A stretch of 61,917 nt of DNA, counting the filler, from Choristocarpus tenellus KU-1152 (lineage: Eukaryota > Protista > Phaeophyceae), in the NCBI GenBank assembly GCA_964200185.2. It is 7 parts of 7 records of this genome, joined end to end, with 100 filler letters (N's around TTAATTAATTAA, not from the genome) between each part and the next. Parts side by side here need not be neighbours in the genome. Positions count along the whole stretch, not along the records: positions 1 to 19,940 come from CAXNAD020000431.1; positions 20,041 to 35,157 come from CAXNAD020001057.1; 5 more parts are not named here. One strand, written 5' to 3'. Of the stretch, positions 14,501 through 26,991 are shown in pieces; the first letter of the stretch is position 1; each line of letters starts with the position of its first letter. A program made the translations under genes and the position numbers. The notes beneath the pieces are model-generated. The model worked only from the letters and a program-made list of their open reading frames with translations. It was not told where the DNA came from and did no database searches.

Positions 14501-17500
14501 ATTTGAGTTGGCACCCATCGTCATTGCAAGGAAGGGGTGGTTCGAGGTAGGAATGCTCTTGTAAAAATGGATGTCACAAGGAGGTACAGAAGTACTGACA
14601 CCATTCAACCTGGGTCAAGACAAGTCCTGGGGAGAAGTGGAGCAATTGTTGTGTGTGCATCGCATCTAACTTGGTTCACACACACAGTACCGGTCTGCCT
14701 GTGGCAGCCAGTGTTGCAAAGAGGAAAAAACCCATAATATGTTCTGATATGTTTGGCGTAATTGCACACTCATGTGTATGCAGTTCTTGGCTCACTAAAA
14801 CACTGCTGTACTCAAGGAAATACCATGGTTGCAGACACTCATAGAATGTGCAGGAAGGGAAGATGACATGAAAGTGCCAGGAAGGTGTAGACTGAGGGGC
14901 GTCTTCCTACTGACTGGGAATGGCAGTTTCCATTTCTCAGGAGGTGGGAGATACTGAAGTTACTCTGGAGTACCACGTATCCAAGGAGAGGATGGACACC
15001 AAGAAACCAAGTACAATTGAAATACATTTTGTACCAATTTCCACCGGAAAAATGCCAAGAGAACACCCCCAGCTATCACATATCCACCAGACATAGGCCT
15101 TGTGACCTTCACCAAATCCAGAACTACTGACCCCAATGTTCTTACTCACACACTAGTAGTACCGATTTATATTTTTTCAGTGTGTATTTTGGGGCAGTAC
15201 ACACATTATTTCGTACTTGGAAGAATGAATAATAGTGCATTCATACCTCCTCCATGTCGAGAACTCCACTTCCGTTGGTGTTGAGAGATGACCATGCATC
15301 TCTGGTTTCCTTGTCACCTTGAAGGGGTAGGCCTAAATCTTGACATAGTGTTGCAAGGTCGCCTATGCCCAACAAACTGCCCTTAGCCTCCTGAGCCGAA
15401 GTGAAAACAGCACGCGCAACTATCTACTCTTCAGTCACAGATGCCATGGTGGGGTGGCCATGGCGGGCAAATCACACAGGTGGATTTGTTATGAGCAACA
15501 AAGGTCGAAATAAGGCAAGATGGGACGGGCTGAGTCATCCCCTGTGGTCTAACTTTGGAGGTGCACAAGCTTTGAAGCACAACTCTAGAACAGTATTGAA
15601 CCTAAAAATGTCATCTAACTGTTTGCGCATTATCTCCATACCCAATGTTAGGCCCGTTAAGCATTACTGTGGAGATACTCTACACTATGGAGCTGGGACC
15701 GTGTCTTCTATTTGTTTGTGTTGGATCTCCTACTTTACTATGGTACCTTGAGAAAGGCAAGGGTTGCCACATTCGAAAATCATCACTGATCTCAACTGAA
15801 GTAGTACATGTGTCCCTCTCACCTCCTGCTGCCTGCCAGGGTTAGGGTTTCCTTTGCAGCGGTTGATCCACCATCTCACCCAGTTGTTCTTATTGAGAAT
15901 CCCATCCTTGTTCTCGTCCAGCTTATTACATAGCAAGAGAGTCAAAGTAAGCGAGAGGTATCCCCAGAGTAGCATTTTAAGGATGCTAACGAATATGTGC
16001 AAAAAATGCTAACCCTAACCCTAACCCTAACCCTAACTTCTCTACAAATGCATGTATGGTCTCTTCTGAATTCTGTCAAAAGTCTTAAACAAATAATAGA
16101 GAAATTAATGCTTTCAAGTCAAACTTAGCAATCCATCCATAGAAATATGAGTGAATTGTGTCAGATCGAAAAACTGACTTAAAATGCAAAACGACCAAAA
16201 CCTGGTACCTCTCTCTTACTTAGACAAAAAAGTTATGGAAAGAGTTCAGTATTCACGGTTTGCCATAGGGATGGTACCTGCAGCACTTAACTTGTACTAT
16301 TCACACTTTGGCAATAAGCACCCCCCACTCTTTATGTCACATGTCAAATCAGTTTGAATATCATGACCTCACCCTGTTTTTACAAGGTGTACACAGTAGA
16401 ACCACATGGGTGTAATACAATTAGGTTGTTTTGATATACCCCCTGAGTAGTTGCTTTCTGTGTTCCCTAGTTGTATGGATACCATTTTGTTGACTCTATG
16501 TACTGTTGTGGTAGTTTGAAATACACACAACAAGCATTACTTGTGGCATATTTTATGGCTTATTGTGCTCTCTGTGTATGTTCATCCCTCTTTATCCTAA
16601 AGCATATGCAAGGACACTGAATACATGTCTCCATCAAACAGTTTAGAGCAAATGACCTTCTCATTTCTTTGTGCCAACAAAAAGTTTGGGCGTCTTTCTT
16701 CTAGAAAGAAACACTTCTTAGAGGTCCAAAGCATAGCAATATCATTTATGTAGAACATACATTGTCATATTAATAGTTGTTTCGAATAAAAAGTATCAGG
16801 AGTGCCAACAAGAGTAATGATACACAGCCCAACAGTACTGCAGAATATCCCATTCCCTAGTCCCTAGGCCATAGGCCTCCATCACCCAGTACCTGTGACA
16901 GTGTAATTGACCATCGAGACCTATTAACGCACCGTACATGTCTGTTGATAATCAGGAGTATTGGAAAAGGCACTGCCCTGAAGTAATCGCAACATATCAG
17001 ACAACTCTGTGAAACGCCTAGGATGTATCCCTTTCCCTGTTAGCATACAGAGTGTCTGTATCATGTCATTGGCGGGAACATCGACTGCCTCGCTGCGTAA
17101 TGATTGTCGTGAGAGTTTCAAGGGAATTCTGTGCATATCGTAGTTCCTTGCGAAAAATACCATCTCAAACTGCAAAGACAACAAATGATTTTTTTTGATA
17201 CAGGTCTGCTTCAAGCCTCACCATCTTAAGGGACGCCTCTATATCTTCATCGGCGATCGGGAGACCGAGTGCAGCTGCCAGTCCATAGAGCTCGTCAATG
17301 ATTAGATACCCGTTGCCATCCACATCTCTCTGTGTCACACGGGTTATGGGAAGTCGACGATGGTATGATATCATTTACTTGAAGTACGCGAAACAAGTTT
17401 CCAAGCAAGATATTCACAAGATCAGGTCCAAGTTGCATCTCGAGCGCCATACATACGGTCCCAGATCTTCGTTTTCATAACTGTCTTGACAAATAATTGT

Positions 17501-17752
17501 GTTCGAAGTGCGTTCAAGGTCTACCACCTAAAGCAACGATCACAAGTCGGGTTGCAGGGGACGAAAACTCTTCTTGGCATTGAACATTCCCTAGTTTTGG
17601 AAAACATGGGACTCCGCCCATGTCTACAGTGTTGATCTTACCTCGTCGAAGACGTTGGCAGCAACAGTTGCCTGTTGCTTGTCTTTAGCATCGTTGGTGT
17701 CGAAAAGATTTCTGTCGAACATAGTGATCTGCCTGACCTGTTGCTCGCCCAC
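8943..17752 (-). CDS. Multi-exon EF-hand (x4) + ankyrin repeat + fibronectin type III + coiled-coil protein (>=523 aa)
   Basis: Ten exons bounded by AG/GT join in frame: 17642-17752, 17222-17329, 15823-15921, 15247-15423, 14345-14494, 13815-14042, 12129-12299, 10641-10880, 9447-9540, 8943-9133. Motifs: VFDERDVDGNGYLIIDEL, LDENKDGILN, LNTNGSGVLDMEEFVHWW (EF-hands); IHTAAWEGD, PLHYASYRGHLDICRELL, TALFLAAQQGQVEVVRYLL (ankyrin); VTGLKPNTSYRVQVAGVNALGYGPYS (FN3). Start and stop exons are uncertain. Confidence 0.88.
11665..11845 (+). mobile_element. MITE family B copy (~178 bp, TIR GRYYCAAAGTATCTGGGGG...CCCCCAGATACTTTGRRYC)
   Basis: Homologous to 18172-18347, 22706-22887 and 56636-56814; intronic in the EF-hand/ankyrin gene. 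Confidence 0.8.
16009..16037. repeat. Interstitial telomere-like repeat (CCCTAA)n
   Basis: ctaaccctaaccctaaccctaaccctaac in an intron; similar short arrays near 32920, 33800, 34100, 48720, 52690, 52925, 59475. Confidence 0.85.
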
Positions 17753-18171
17753 CTATAATAATGATACATCGTTTATTTTGAGCTGTCGTCGTCGATTTGG
17801 AACAATGTATCCAACGACAGGATGTGTGTCTTCAAAAAGAGAAAGTAGAACGGGGGCAGGTTTCTACTCAATGGTTACGCGGACATGGCCCCATTCACTG
17901 GTCCTTCCTTGCTCAGAAAACGATTGTGTGCATGACATGATCCCTGCGTTTTTTTAGGTGGCAAGCGAAGGTAGGTACAGGCACAAAGGGTTCCAACCGT
18001 GTATTTTCAAGGAAGGTATCGCTTTAATACTCAAGCAGGAGTAGGTTATCTACCTGACCGATTCGGATAACAAGAAATAGCTCCAAGTAGGGTGACTATT
18101 TGGGTTCTTACTATAATAGAGAGATGGAAATCTCCCTGACCACTGAACACTGGTGGTTGCATAAAACTAAA

Positions 18172-18347
18172 GACTCGAAGTATCTGGGTAGGGGGGGTCT
18201 ACACCAGGGTTTCCATTCGGGCCCTGACCAGGAGAAGTGAACTTACATTATCCGTCCGACGCATGCAACCAAATCACCCAAAAATTGCGACATGAAAAAA
18301 TGGACCCCGAATGGACAGCCCCCACCACCCCCCACATACTTTGAGCC
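18172..18347 (+). mobile_element. MITE family B copy
   Basis: Both TIRs present; flanks AAA/AAA. Confidence 0.88.
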
Positions 18348-18619
18348 AAACCGTGTGAGAAGTGAGGGTATAATACCTCCTTGTAGAAGTGTATGTACCA
18401 GATACAACACGATACTGGTAACAGTTGTAGTAGTAGATGTATGTGTTACCGATTTACATCTCTACTTCTTACATGTTGGTGTAGATCACTATTCATGTGA
18501 TGGGCGTTTCACGCTTAGCTTTAGGGTTAGGGATGCAAACACGCGTAATGTTGTGAACTGAAATGCAACACAAGGCCTCACACAGGACCGTTGATATATC
18601 AATCGATTACGGGGGACTC

Positions 18620-19200
18620 TTATTTCGTACCCCCCTACGACTCACGTGAGAGAATCATCGGTAGTGTCCGTGCCGATACGCAGCTTTCTCCTAGAGATCT
18701 TTCAAGTGTTGAGCGTGTTTTCTTCTCGACTTCTCGTTGAGGTACTGTGTACGGTGCAGGGGTTAGTCGCGAAGAATGTCTGGGGCACGTACTCGCTGTG
18801 GAGGTATGTGGAGGCGAACGCCATTCTTTCTGGTGGGTCTACTCCTGGCTGGAAGATCGTGCATAACGTCGGGTTATAATGACAGGTAAAGTAGAGTCAA
18901 GTGGATAGTTAACCTATCCATGATGTGGAGGGTAGTTGATCTTCGGTGGTTGAAGCTTCGTTCGTACGTGAATTGTTGCGAATGGATGGCGTCAAATGCA
19001 TACAACCCTCCCGTTGCTCTGTGTAGGAGTAGCCGTGTTCCAGAATATGGCGGCGGTTGCCAAATGTCCTACTCCATCACATACTCTCATGCTCGATATA
19101 TGGCCTATGTTGCCTCCATCACTAGACTCTGGACACCCACATAGGTCGAAACTGAGCTCAAAACCGATTGGTCTCGTGTTTCCGCTCAGCATGGATTGTT
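18620..19200 (-). mobile_element. Possible degenerate LTR-retrotransposon integrase remnant
   Basis: Minus-strand GCPESSDGG...TATPTQSNGRVV resembles the rve core GxPxxIxSDxG...TPYxPQSNGxVE; a purine tract GTAGGGGGG lies downstream near 18630. Confidence 0.35.
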
Positions 19201-19940
19201 GATGTCAAAACGAATATGAATGGGTTGTGAGGGCGGGGGCGTTTGCTGCTTCTTTCTAACAACTGTGGTTGTAGGTATTGAGGACTGTTTTTTCGGCATT
19301 GCAGCGCACTAAATATTTCCTTGCTCAGCTGCAGCTATGTTTTAATATGCATTGTTTCCCTGAAATATTTCAAGGTTTTTACTAGGCTTGACGCACCTAC
19401 AGAGTGTGCATTGTTTTGCGGTATGGGGTTGCATTGAGGGAATGAACTGGATTCGACAGTGCAAAGAAAGGCTTGCAACTCCTCTTTTCAGCTCTCAATA
19501 TGGAAGGCCTACTGCAATCACTACAATGTTTGTTGGCTGGCCCATTGTTCCTGTTTGCCCGATTCGCTTGTCAATGCCTCCTGTCTGCCTCCGGGTTTCA
19601 ACTTCGGGATGGACAGGCCAACGCGAGAGGAAGAATACTTTGGCGCACGTATGCAGCAGCACGAGCAGGGGCATGGCCTGTACCAGGAGCCCCAAAGGTA
19701 TGTAAAATGTGGGTAATACTTCCTGAGTCTTGGTGGATTCTTGTTTTGAGGGTTGCCTATCATGCACAGTTCAATATATTGAAGCCCTTCCCCCCCTTCC
19801 ACTCTCAGAACACTTGATGGGTTAAGTTGACACTGTTTACAACTTATTGTTGTTTTCTTGGCAGTTTGAAGCGTTTTGAGACAGCGTATTGCTGATGCCC
19901 CCCTTCCCCCCCCCCTCCCCCCCCCCCCCCCCCCCCCCCC

Positions 19941-20040
19941 NNNNNNNNNNNNNNNNNNNNNNNNNNNNNNNNNNNNNNNNNNNNTTAATTAATTAANNNN
20001 NNNNNNNNNNNNNNNNNNNNNNNNNNNNNNNNNNNNNNNN
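19941..20040. other. Artificial contig linker (44N-TTAATTAATTAA-44N)
   Basis: Identical 100-nt spacer with stops in all six frames recurs at 35158-35257, 37975-38074, 46665-46764, 53113-53212 and 58254-58353. Confidence 0.97.
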
Positions 20041-21216
20041 CCCCCCCACCGTTCCCCCTCCCCCCCCCCCCCCTCTCCCTTCTTTTTTTTTGGGGGGTTC
20101 CCCCCCCCCCCCCCCCCCCTCCTGTGTTTGGCTGAATTATTTGTGTATACGATACGATACTATAGTATAGTACGGTTGGGTTGATTTGAAGTAAGTGCTG
20201 GCTTTTGTATTGTAATGCGTATGTCAAAATATTTATTTCTAGGCTGATTTTGATTCGCCTACTTGTTTTTATTCAGTTTTTGATGGAAGGGGGGGGGGGG
20301 GGGGATATTTTTTGATCTTCGTAATTTTCTTCAAATCTTGGATGTTTTTTTTATTTTCTCGTTCATTTGTCTTTTCTGTATTTTTCATTTGTCTCCGTCG
20401 TTGATGCGGGGCGGCTGGGTGATCGGGGATTATACTGATACTCTATATTTCATTCCAAATCTTGTTTGTTATTATCATTTCAAATCTTGGAGGAACTGCG
20501 ACAAAGTCACCTTGATGCAGTGAGTTGAGAGTTCTATGATGCATGACATAGCCTCAAAGACTCCGATGTTGGCGTGGGTTTGTCTTACGTTATTTTACCC
20601 ATTGGTATTTTCAGCGATTGTGATTTTGATTGATGCCGAGAAAGCATGGATTAGGCTCGTAGTTTTGGGTAGGTCTGGTGTTTGTAGTGGATACCATCAT
20701 GTCCTTGTAAATAGGAACAACATGCAGTGGAGTGTTATCTACGAATGTGTGTCTGCAATGCATTTTGAAGGCTTGTGGTGCTTCTTTTTGCCTTGCCTCT
20801 TTCCCTTTGTAGTGTTGTTGGTCACTGCTGGTTTTATCATGTAGAGGTCTATAAGCATTATCAATGTCTTTACATCTCTACTGCCTGTATTTAACAATAG
20901 GTCATTAATTGCCCCGTCCCCAGGAAGATTATAGCTATCCCCATGATCTACACCTACTCAACCAACTGTCTAAGTAGGTGTGAGTGCTGCAGTCCAGTGT
21001 GGAAGGAACATCATAGTCCCTAACACTACATTGCTGGTGTACCTGCAGCTACTTGTAGCCCAAGGTGTTCAAACCTCTAATTGATTCTTGATGATAAGTT
21101 CTGATTTGTTCAGGTATGGACTTCAATTGTTGTAACCACCACCCCGAAGATCTTCTGACATCCCTTCCTGCCCCCCCCCCCCCCACCTGGAACCGCAACT
21201 TTTTTTTTTCTTACAG

Positions 21217-23115
21217 ACTGTGGAGAACATTTTCGATTTCTCATTTTTTGTTAAGAGTGGAGAGGGGGCCATCACGACCAATCAGGTATCAAAGTTTTTT
21301 CATTCAGTGTACGCTACCTATGTTGCCTTTGACTTAGGGTTAGTGCTTTGTGTCCATTTCGTGAAGGGTGCAATATGGTATTGTCTCTTGGAGTTTGTAT
21401 ATATCGGCTGGCGGCGGGGGGAAGAGGGAAGAGTTCATTCAACCATGATGAGTTCATGGGCGACTGGATGTTTGTTAAGTGTATGAGTGAAAGTTAAGTG
21501 AATCCTCCACAACAGGAGGAGAGCAACTCCCAAGTAGTAGTACTCATTGTTTGTCCACGGAAGATACCCATACTGCATAATAGTATTAGTGTAGTAGTAC
21601 TTGTATAGTAGCAATAGTAATAATAGTAGTAGTTATTGTAGTAGTAGTAGTTTTGTTATGCACTATCACAAACCGGTAATGATAATGAAATCACGCTTCC
21701 ACTTGCACTGCTGAAGAAGAGTCACTATAACCCTAACCCTATTCCGTTTTTGGAAAACCTGGAAAATTTGCTGACATGTTTTGTTCTGCAGTGTACAGGC
21801 CTGGCAGAGGTGGAGTTTCTGAGTCCCCCAAGTGCAGATGTGCATGTTCCGCCTTCCAAGCAGTGGATTCTCACTCTCACAAAGGGTATGTAACTCTAAC
21901 CCGAAGTATTGATACTGTTTCATCCCTACGGAAGTAGATGATAATAAATGAACCAGCCGTAGTCGTAGTATATTTGAAAAAGGAAACCGCCTCCATCCAC
22001 ACTAGGAAACTTACGTACCGGTATTATAGCATATTATCTTTAAACGGCATTGAAATATATGACCACATGCACAAACGAAACTACTCCTGGACTGGCTCAA
22101 TTGAGGTCTAGAGACAAGGGGAGAGTGCCACGAGTCTGCTATGCCCTGCCTCACCTGTGGGTCCAGTTTCTCCTCCTTGAATTGCACAATACTCCTTGAA
22201 ATCATCAGTTGTACCATGAAGGACACAATCTGTGGCAGGCACTATGCCTTAAAAGTTCCCTACCTGCTGAAACCCCCAGCCCCCCTGATCCCCCCCACTA
22301 CATGAGTCACCAACTCATCCAAGAATTGCCCTGCCTACATGCTGACTGGCCTGAAACTATTTATTCTATCGCTAAGCAGAGGGGAGACCCTTTTGAATCG
22401 TAAAATGCCGTTTCAGTGTGGGATGGAGTACTGCTCGCGTTTTTTGGACACTTGTGTTTTTGGATCCCTCATTGTACCAGGGTATGTACCGGTCCCTGTA
22501 GTATACTTAGTATGTTTTTATAGGTCTGGTCCTGGGCAGTTCGACATGTGGTCAAACCAAGGGCCATCCCATGGCCCCACCTGGTCAAGTGTGAGTCTAG
22601 TGAAAAGCCCTGCCCCTACTTGAAGATAGATGTTGTATGACCCTACATCACACGATGGCAAGTGGGAATTGGATATTGAGGCTGTAAGGCTAAGGTATAA
22701 GTAGAGGTTCAAAGTATCTGGGGGGGTGGCGGCTGTCCATTTGGGGTCAATTTTTCCTTGTCGTGATTTTTGGGTGATTTGGTTGCATACGTCGGATGGA
22801 TAAAGTAAGTGTACTTTCTTGGTTTTGGTCCAAATGGACACCCTGGTGTAGACCACCCCCCACCCCGCCCCCCAGATACTTTGGGTCAATACTGACTGAA
22901 CACTACAAATATCCTCTGACTGCCTCGGCCCATCGTCCATATGTTGCTTGTCCTGTCCTTCTTGCTTGCCTGTTGTTGTTGATGTGTTTGAAACGACAGC
23001 TGACTTCAAAGAACTGGTGAGGCTGCACAACATTGAGAAGTCTCACATGCCCCACAGGACTGAGAGCGTGAAGACCGGATATTTTGATCCTTTAGCTCAA
23101 AGGAGTAACAGCTAG
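21217..23115 (+). CDS. NSE4: SMC5/6 complex kleisin subunit NSE4 (Nse4/EID family), 3' exons
   Basis: Exons 21217-21285 (TVENIFDFSFFVKSGEG), 21792-21885 (CTGLAEVEFL...KQWILTLTK) and 23000-23115 (ADFKELVRLHNIEKSHMPHR...stop) splice in frame at canonical sites. They match the Nse4 C-terminal pattern QTVENxFxxSFLxxxG...QxxxxL...ELxxxxxIxExxxPHR. Confidence 0.78.
22706..22887 (-). mobile_element. MITE family B copy
   Basis: Reverse-orientation full copy in the last NSE4 intron. Confidence 0.88.
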
Positions 23116-24107
23116 TAGGGATCCTAATTTATGTTTGCTGCATTGTGTGTAAGATGTGGAAAATAGAGCATTTTTTTTTTGACTTCACTGTGTAGTTAGT
23201 CTGTGTACAGATTACACTGTTGAGCCTGTCAAGTCCTACCAAGCCTGACCCTTTTCCCAAATGTTGTGTACTAGCATAGAAGGAGCAGAGCATCTATGTA
23301 TTCGTGCAGTATGTGAGAAGCTAGAGTACTACCTTACAAATAGCACTCCCACCACCCTCCTGCTCTTAACTTTCCCCCTCTCCATGCTTTTTTGGGGGTC
23401 CTGATATTGCTTGTGCTGATCGTGTACATGTTGTGTAGGTCAACAGTGAGCAGACTCGATGAGTTAAAGAGGGCAATAGTTCTCATAATGCAATAAGATA
23501 ATTTGAAGTACATTGGATTTTGAGAACAGGGAAGGTGACATGGAGCCCCTACTCTCGTCATGCAGTGTTACTTTTCATAATGATGAATTGTGTTCAAGGC
23601 ATTTTTACTCTTTCTCTAAAAAATGAATCGCTTTTTTGCTTACGAGCCTCACATTTTTGGAGGGTGACGCCAATGATAACGATACAGTTCTCAGCGATAA
23701 AATAAGACTGGCTTCATCGTCTGAGTGTCGTTTTGTTCTTGAGAATTCCGATAGTGAAGGCAGCATGCCCTATCGCAGGGGGTGAGAACCAGGCCTCAAA
23801 CTGTGAAATCGTAAAATAACGCGTTGTTGCCTTGATGTGAAGGAGCGTGATTTCAAGACACTGGAACTTCGAATTTTCGCAATGATCCACATCAACAGAC
23901 ACCAAACTTGTCAAGATCGGAAAGGCAAAGGGTTTCCCCCCATCACAAGCGGGCAGCTGTTGTTAAAGACTACTTTAGGCGATGCAAGTCTGTCCAGGTC
24001 CGACAAGGCACTCACACTCAAATCGTATCAAATATGAATGTCTCCAACCACATCGGACCAGCTTGTGAGGGTGGTATCATTGTGTGTAGATAATGGACTG
24101 GACATAC

Positions 24108-24366
24108 GAGTCGAAGTATCTTAGAGGGTAGAGTCGCGTCCGTTTGGGGACCAAAATCCAATGTTTTGATTTTGATGTAATTTGAGCTTATTGTGATTGC
24201 TAGGAAGTGCCAATATCCTTCTTCTGATACTTACTCCAAAACGTAAACATTTTTCCTACTCCGCAACGTTTTGGAATAGGAAAAATGTCATTAAAAAAAA
24301 CGTGGGAAGCCAAGCCCCAAACGGACAAACAGGGCAAAACTCGTACCCTCCAAGATACTATCGCTC
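24108..24366 (+). mobile_element. MITE family A copy 5
   Basis: Both TIRs present; flanks TAC/TAC. Confidence 0.88.
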
Positions 24367-25029
24367 TACACTATCAACCTTTTTTCTCTTTGTCACACCG
24401 TTCGACCACCCAAACCCTAACTCTACTATTACTCGAAAACCTCCCAACAACCCTTCACCCTCCCCAAACTTCAATCCAAACCCACCTTCATATTTTCATC
24501 TCTCATCGTTGATGACGTACTTCGAAATATCCAGCTTGTTTTTATTCCATGCGAGCACACACAGTTCAACACGGCGATACACAGTTTCTTCTAGTGTTCA
24601 AGGTGGCGATCTTCAATTTCTGAAGTATAAGATGGATCTGAACGACTCTTTCAACTAATTTTACATCATCAGGCTTGGGGAAGATTTTGGTCTCGATTTT
24701 TGCGTGGACTCATCAGTTTTGTATCGAGTACTAGAACAACAAGAGATCTGGAATCAACAACACTCCTCGTCTAAACTTCCGACTTAAATCGGATTTCCTT
24801 TAACATACAGATATATATATATAATATGTATGTCACAAATTGGACCCACCACAGAACTCATGCAATTGAGAGGTAGGCAGGTTTGGACCCTTTTTTCGAT
24901 TCTAAGTAATCTTTCTTAGTATCTTGCGCAATGCAATCTATTTTGTTCCACTCTCTACAAAACAATAGTGCACGCCAAGCCAAAGGAATCTTCACCCTTT
25001 CCACATAGTCCCTCAGCTCCATAATAAGT

Positions 25030-26345
25030 ATGTATCGTTGTGGTTTTTTGTGAATAGAATTTCAAATGTGAGATTCAGAAACTACAAATAATCTAATTAT
25101 TATCCCCTCTGACATTTCTAGATGTGTCAGGGGGAAAACAAATGAAAACAATTTACATGTCAGAAAAATCCCTCAAAAAAGTCACAGTTGTCGTAAAATG
25201 TGTGCAAGACATACATCTATTTACTATTTTGCCACTACCTTCCTGTGCCTCCAACCTAGCTTAGTCCTGTGCCCCAGGTTGAGGAGGTAGAGAAATATCC
25301 CAAGAATCTAACAAGTCCCTCCTTGCCCATCTTCCTGATGTCTCCAGCTTAAAACACATGACATGTCAAGATAGCGCTACTTGCGTTGTGACTGAGACTA
25401 TCTGACATAGACGGGATTTGACCGCCCCTTTCCTGGTGTAGCCTCCAGTCCCTCTCCCCCCTACCTCGAGCGTAGCTAGCTCATCCAGGAAACTTTCTGC
25501 TTGCTTACCAAGGCGCCCAAAACTTTCCACCGCGAAGGTGTGTTGAGGTTGTAACTACGAGGAGATCAAAAGAGCCCTCGTAGTGGGTGTGTTTTCAGGC
25601 CTCAGCTACAGCAGCAGCTACACCATTCGTGGTGGATGAGTGTGGCAGGTGAGAAAATATCATTCGATAGTCAACAAGTTCGGCTTGCGCATAGATATCT
25701 TCAAAATATTACGTCAAATCGAAATTGTTGAGAAACCGACCTCTGAACACAAAAGTTTTTTTTCGGAAATGGTAGATTTAGCTGTAACAACAAAACCGGC
25801 GAAAAATAGCTTGTTTTGATGGTTAATCGGCTATAACGTCTCAACGAGACATCTGATGAGGATGGGGTAAGTTGTGTTAGATTCCTTGAAGAGGCGTTTT
25901 TTGCATTAGATTAATTACTCGTCACTCTCATTTTCTCCTGAGGGCGTTCTCGACCACTTGATCCCCATTGTCAGAGACGCGTACAATGTGGCCACAACTT
26001 GGTGGATTGACGGAGAGAATGAGAGTGACGAGTAATTAATTTAACGCAAAAACGCCAGGGAATCCTACGTAACCAACCCCGTCTTCGTCGAAAGTCTTAT
26101 TGAGATGTAATGGCCAATTAACCATCATTTCCAGCCATTTTTGATCGGTTTTGCTGTTATTATTGCTCTATCTGATATTTCCAAAAAAAAACCGTTTGTC
26201 ATCATAGGTGGGTTTTTCAACCATTTCAAAATGACTCCATATTTTGAAGAGATCTATGTGCAAGTTGAAGTTATTGACTATGGAACGATATTACTTGTAG
26301 TTTCTGAATCTCACATTTGAAAAATGTATCACAAACAACCTTAAC
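25030..26345. mobile_element. Foldback-type element with long inverted repeats, interrupted by a retrotransposon fragment
   Basis: 25655-25938 is the inverted counterpart of 26012-26292, and 25030-25088 of 26293-26345; a further partial copy lies at ~27820-28010. Confidence 0.7.
25095..25655 (-). mobile_element. 5'-truncated non-LTR retrotransposon 3' end (restriction-like endonuclease type, CRE/R2-like) copy 1
   Basis: Minus strand encodes GVAAAVAEA*KHTHYEGSFD...FAVESFGRLGKQAESFLDELA...KGAVKSRLCQIVSVTTQVA, followed by a 3' UTR, a CCCTGACA..TGTCAGAGGG stem-loop and an ATAATAAT tail. Confidence 0.75.
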
Positions 26346-26359
26346 AGTACAGACTTAAG

Positions 26360-26840
26360 GTAGTTATAACCTCAACACCTTCACAGTGGAAAGTTTTGGG
26401 CGCCTCAGCAACCAAGTGGGATGCTTCCTGGATGAGCTGGCTACACACATGGTGGGGGGGAGAGGAACTGGAAGATATAGCAGGAAAGGAGCGGTTAAAT
26501 CCCGGCTACGCCAAATTGTCTCAGTAACTACACAAGTGGCACTGGCTATGTACATGTCATGCTTTTTAAGGTGGATTCACCAGGGAGATGGGCATGGAGG
26601 GGTTTGTTGGATTCTTGGGATGCCTCCCTAGCTCCTCACCCTGAGGCACAGGAATAGGTAGATTGGAGGCGAAGGAAGGCAGTGGTATAACATAGCAGTA
26701 AAATAGTAAATTGACAAATGTTTTCCACATTTGTGACATGTTTTATTTCCTTATTAGGGCTTGTACTAGCATGTGAATAGTAGTTCTCATTGGTTTCCAC
26801 CCTGACACATCAGCAAAATGTGTCAGAGGACATACTAATA
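26360..26840 (+). mobile_element. RLE non-LTR retrotransposon 3' end copy 2
   Basis: ORF 26386-26631 (VESFGRLSNQVGCFLDELATHMVGGRG...RLRQIVSVTTQVAL), then the same 3' UTR and stem-loop at ~26800-26830. Confidence 0.75.
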
Positions 26841-26991
26841 AAAATATAGACTTCATAATATAAATACTGACTTGTGGCACAGAAGGATTATATGCTGCTA
26901 TTGTGAGTATTAAATATATATGTTGATAGTTTATGTTATTTACTAGCATTTTAAAGACCAGAAAAAAATCAATATAGAACACAAATTCTAT

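Noticed and set aside
17379-17450. Alternative first exon MALEMQLGPD...LFRVLQ for the EF-hand gene
   Set aside because: It needs a 49-nt intron; exon 17642-17752 has better splice sites and gives a proper EF-hand entry helix (AANVFDERD).
19985-19996. TTAATTAATTAA palindrome recurring six times
   Set aside because: Always centred in 44N+44N; it is an artificial six-frame-stop contig linker. It also means gene co-location across linkers cannot be read as a cluster.
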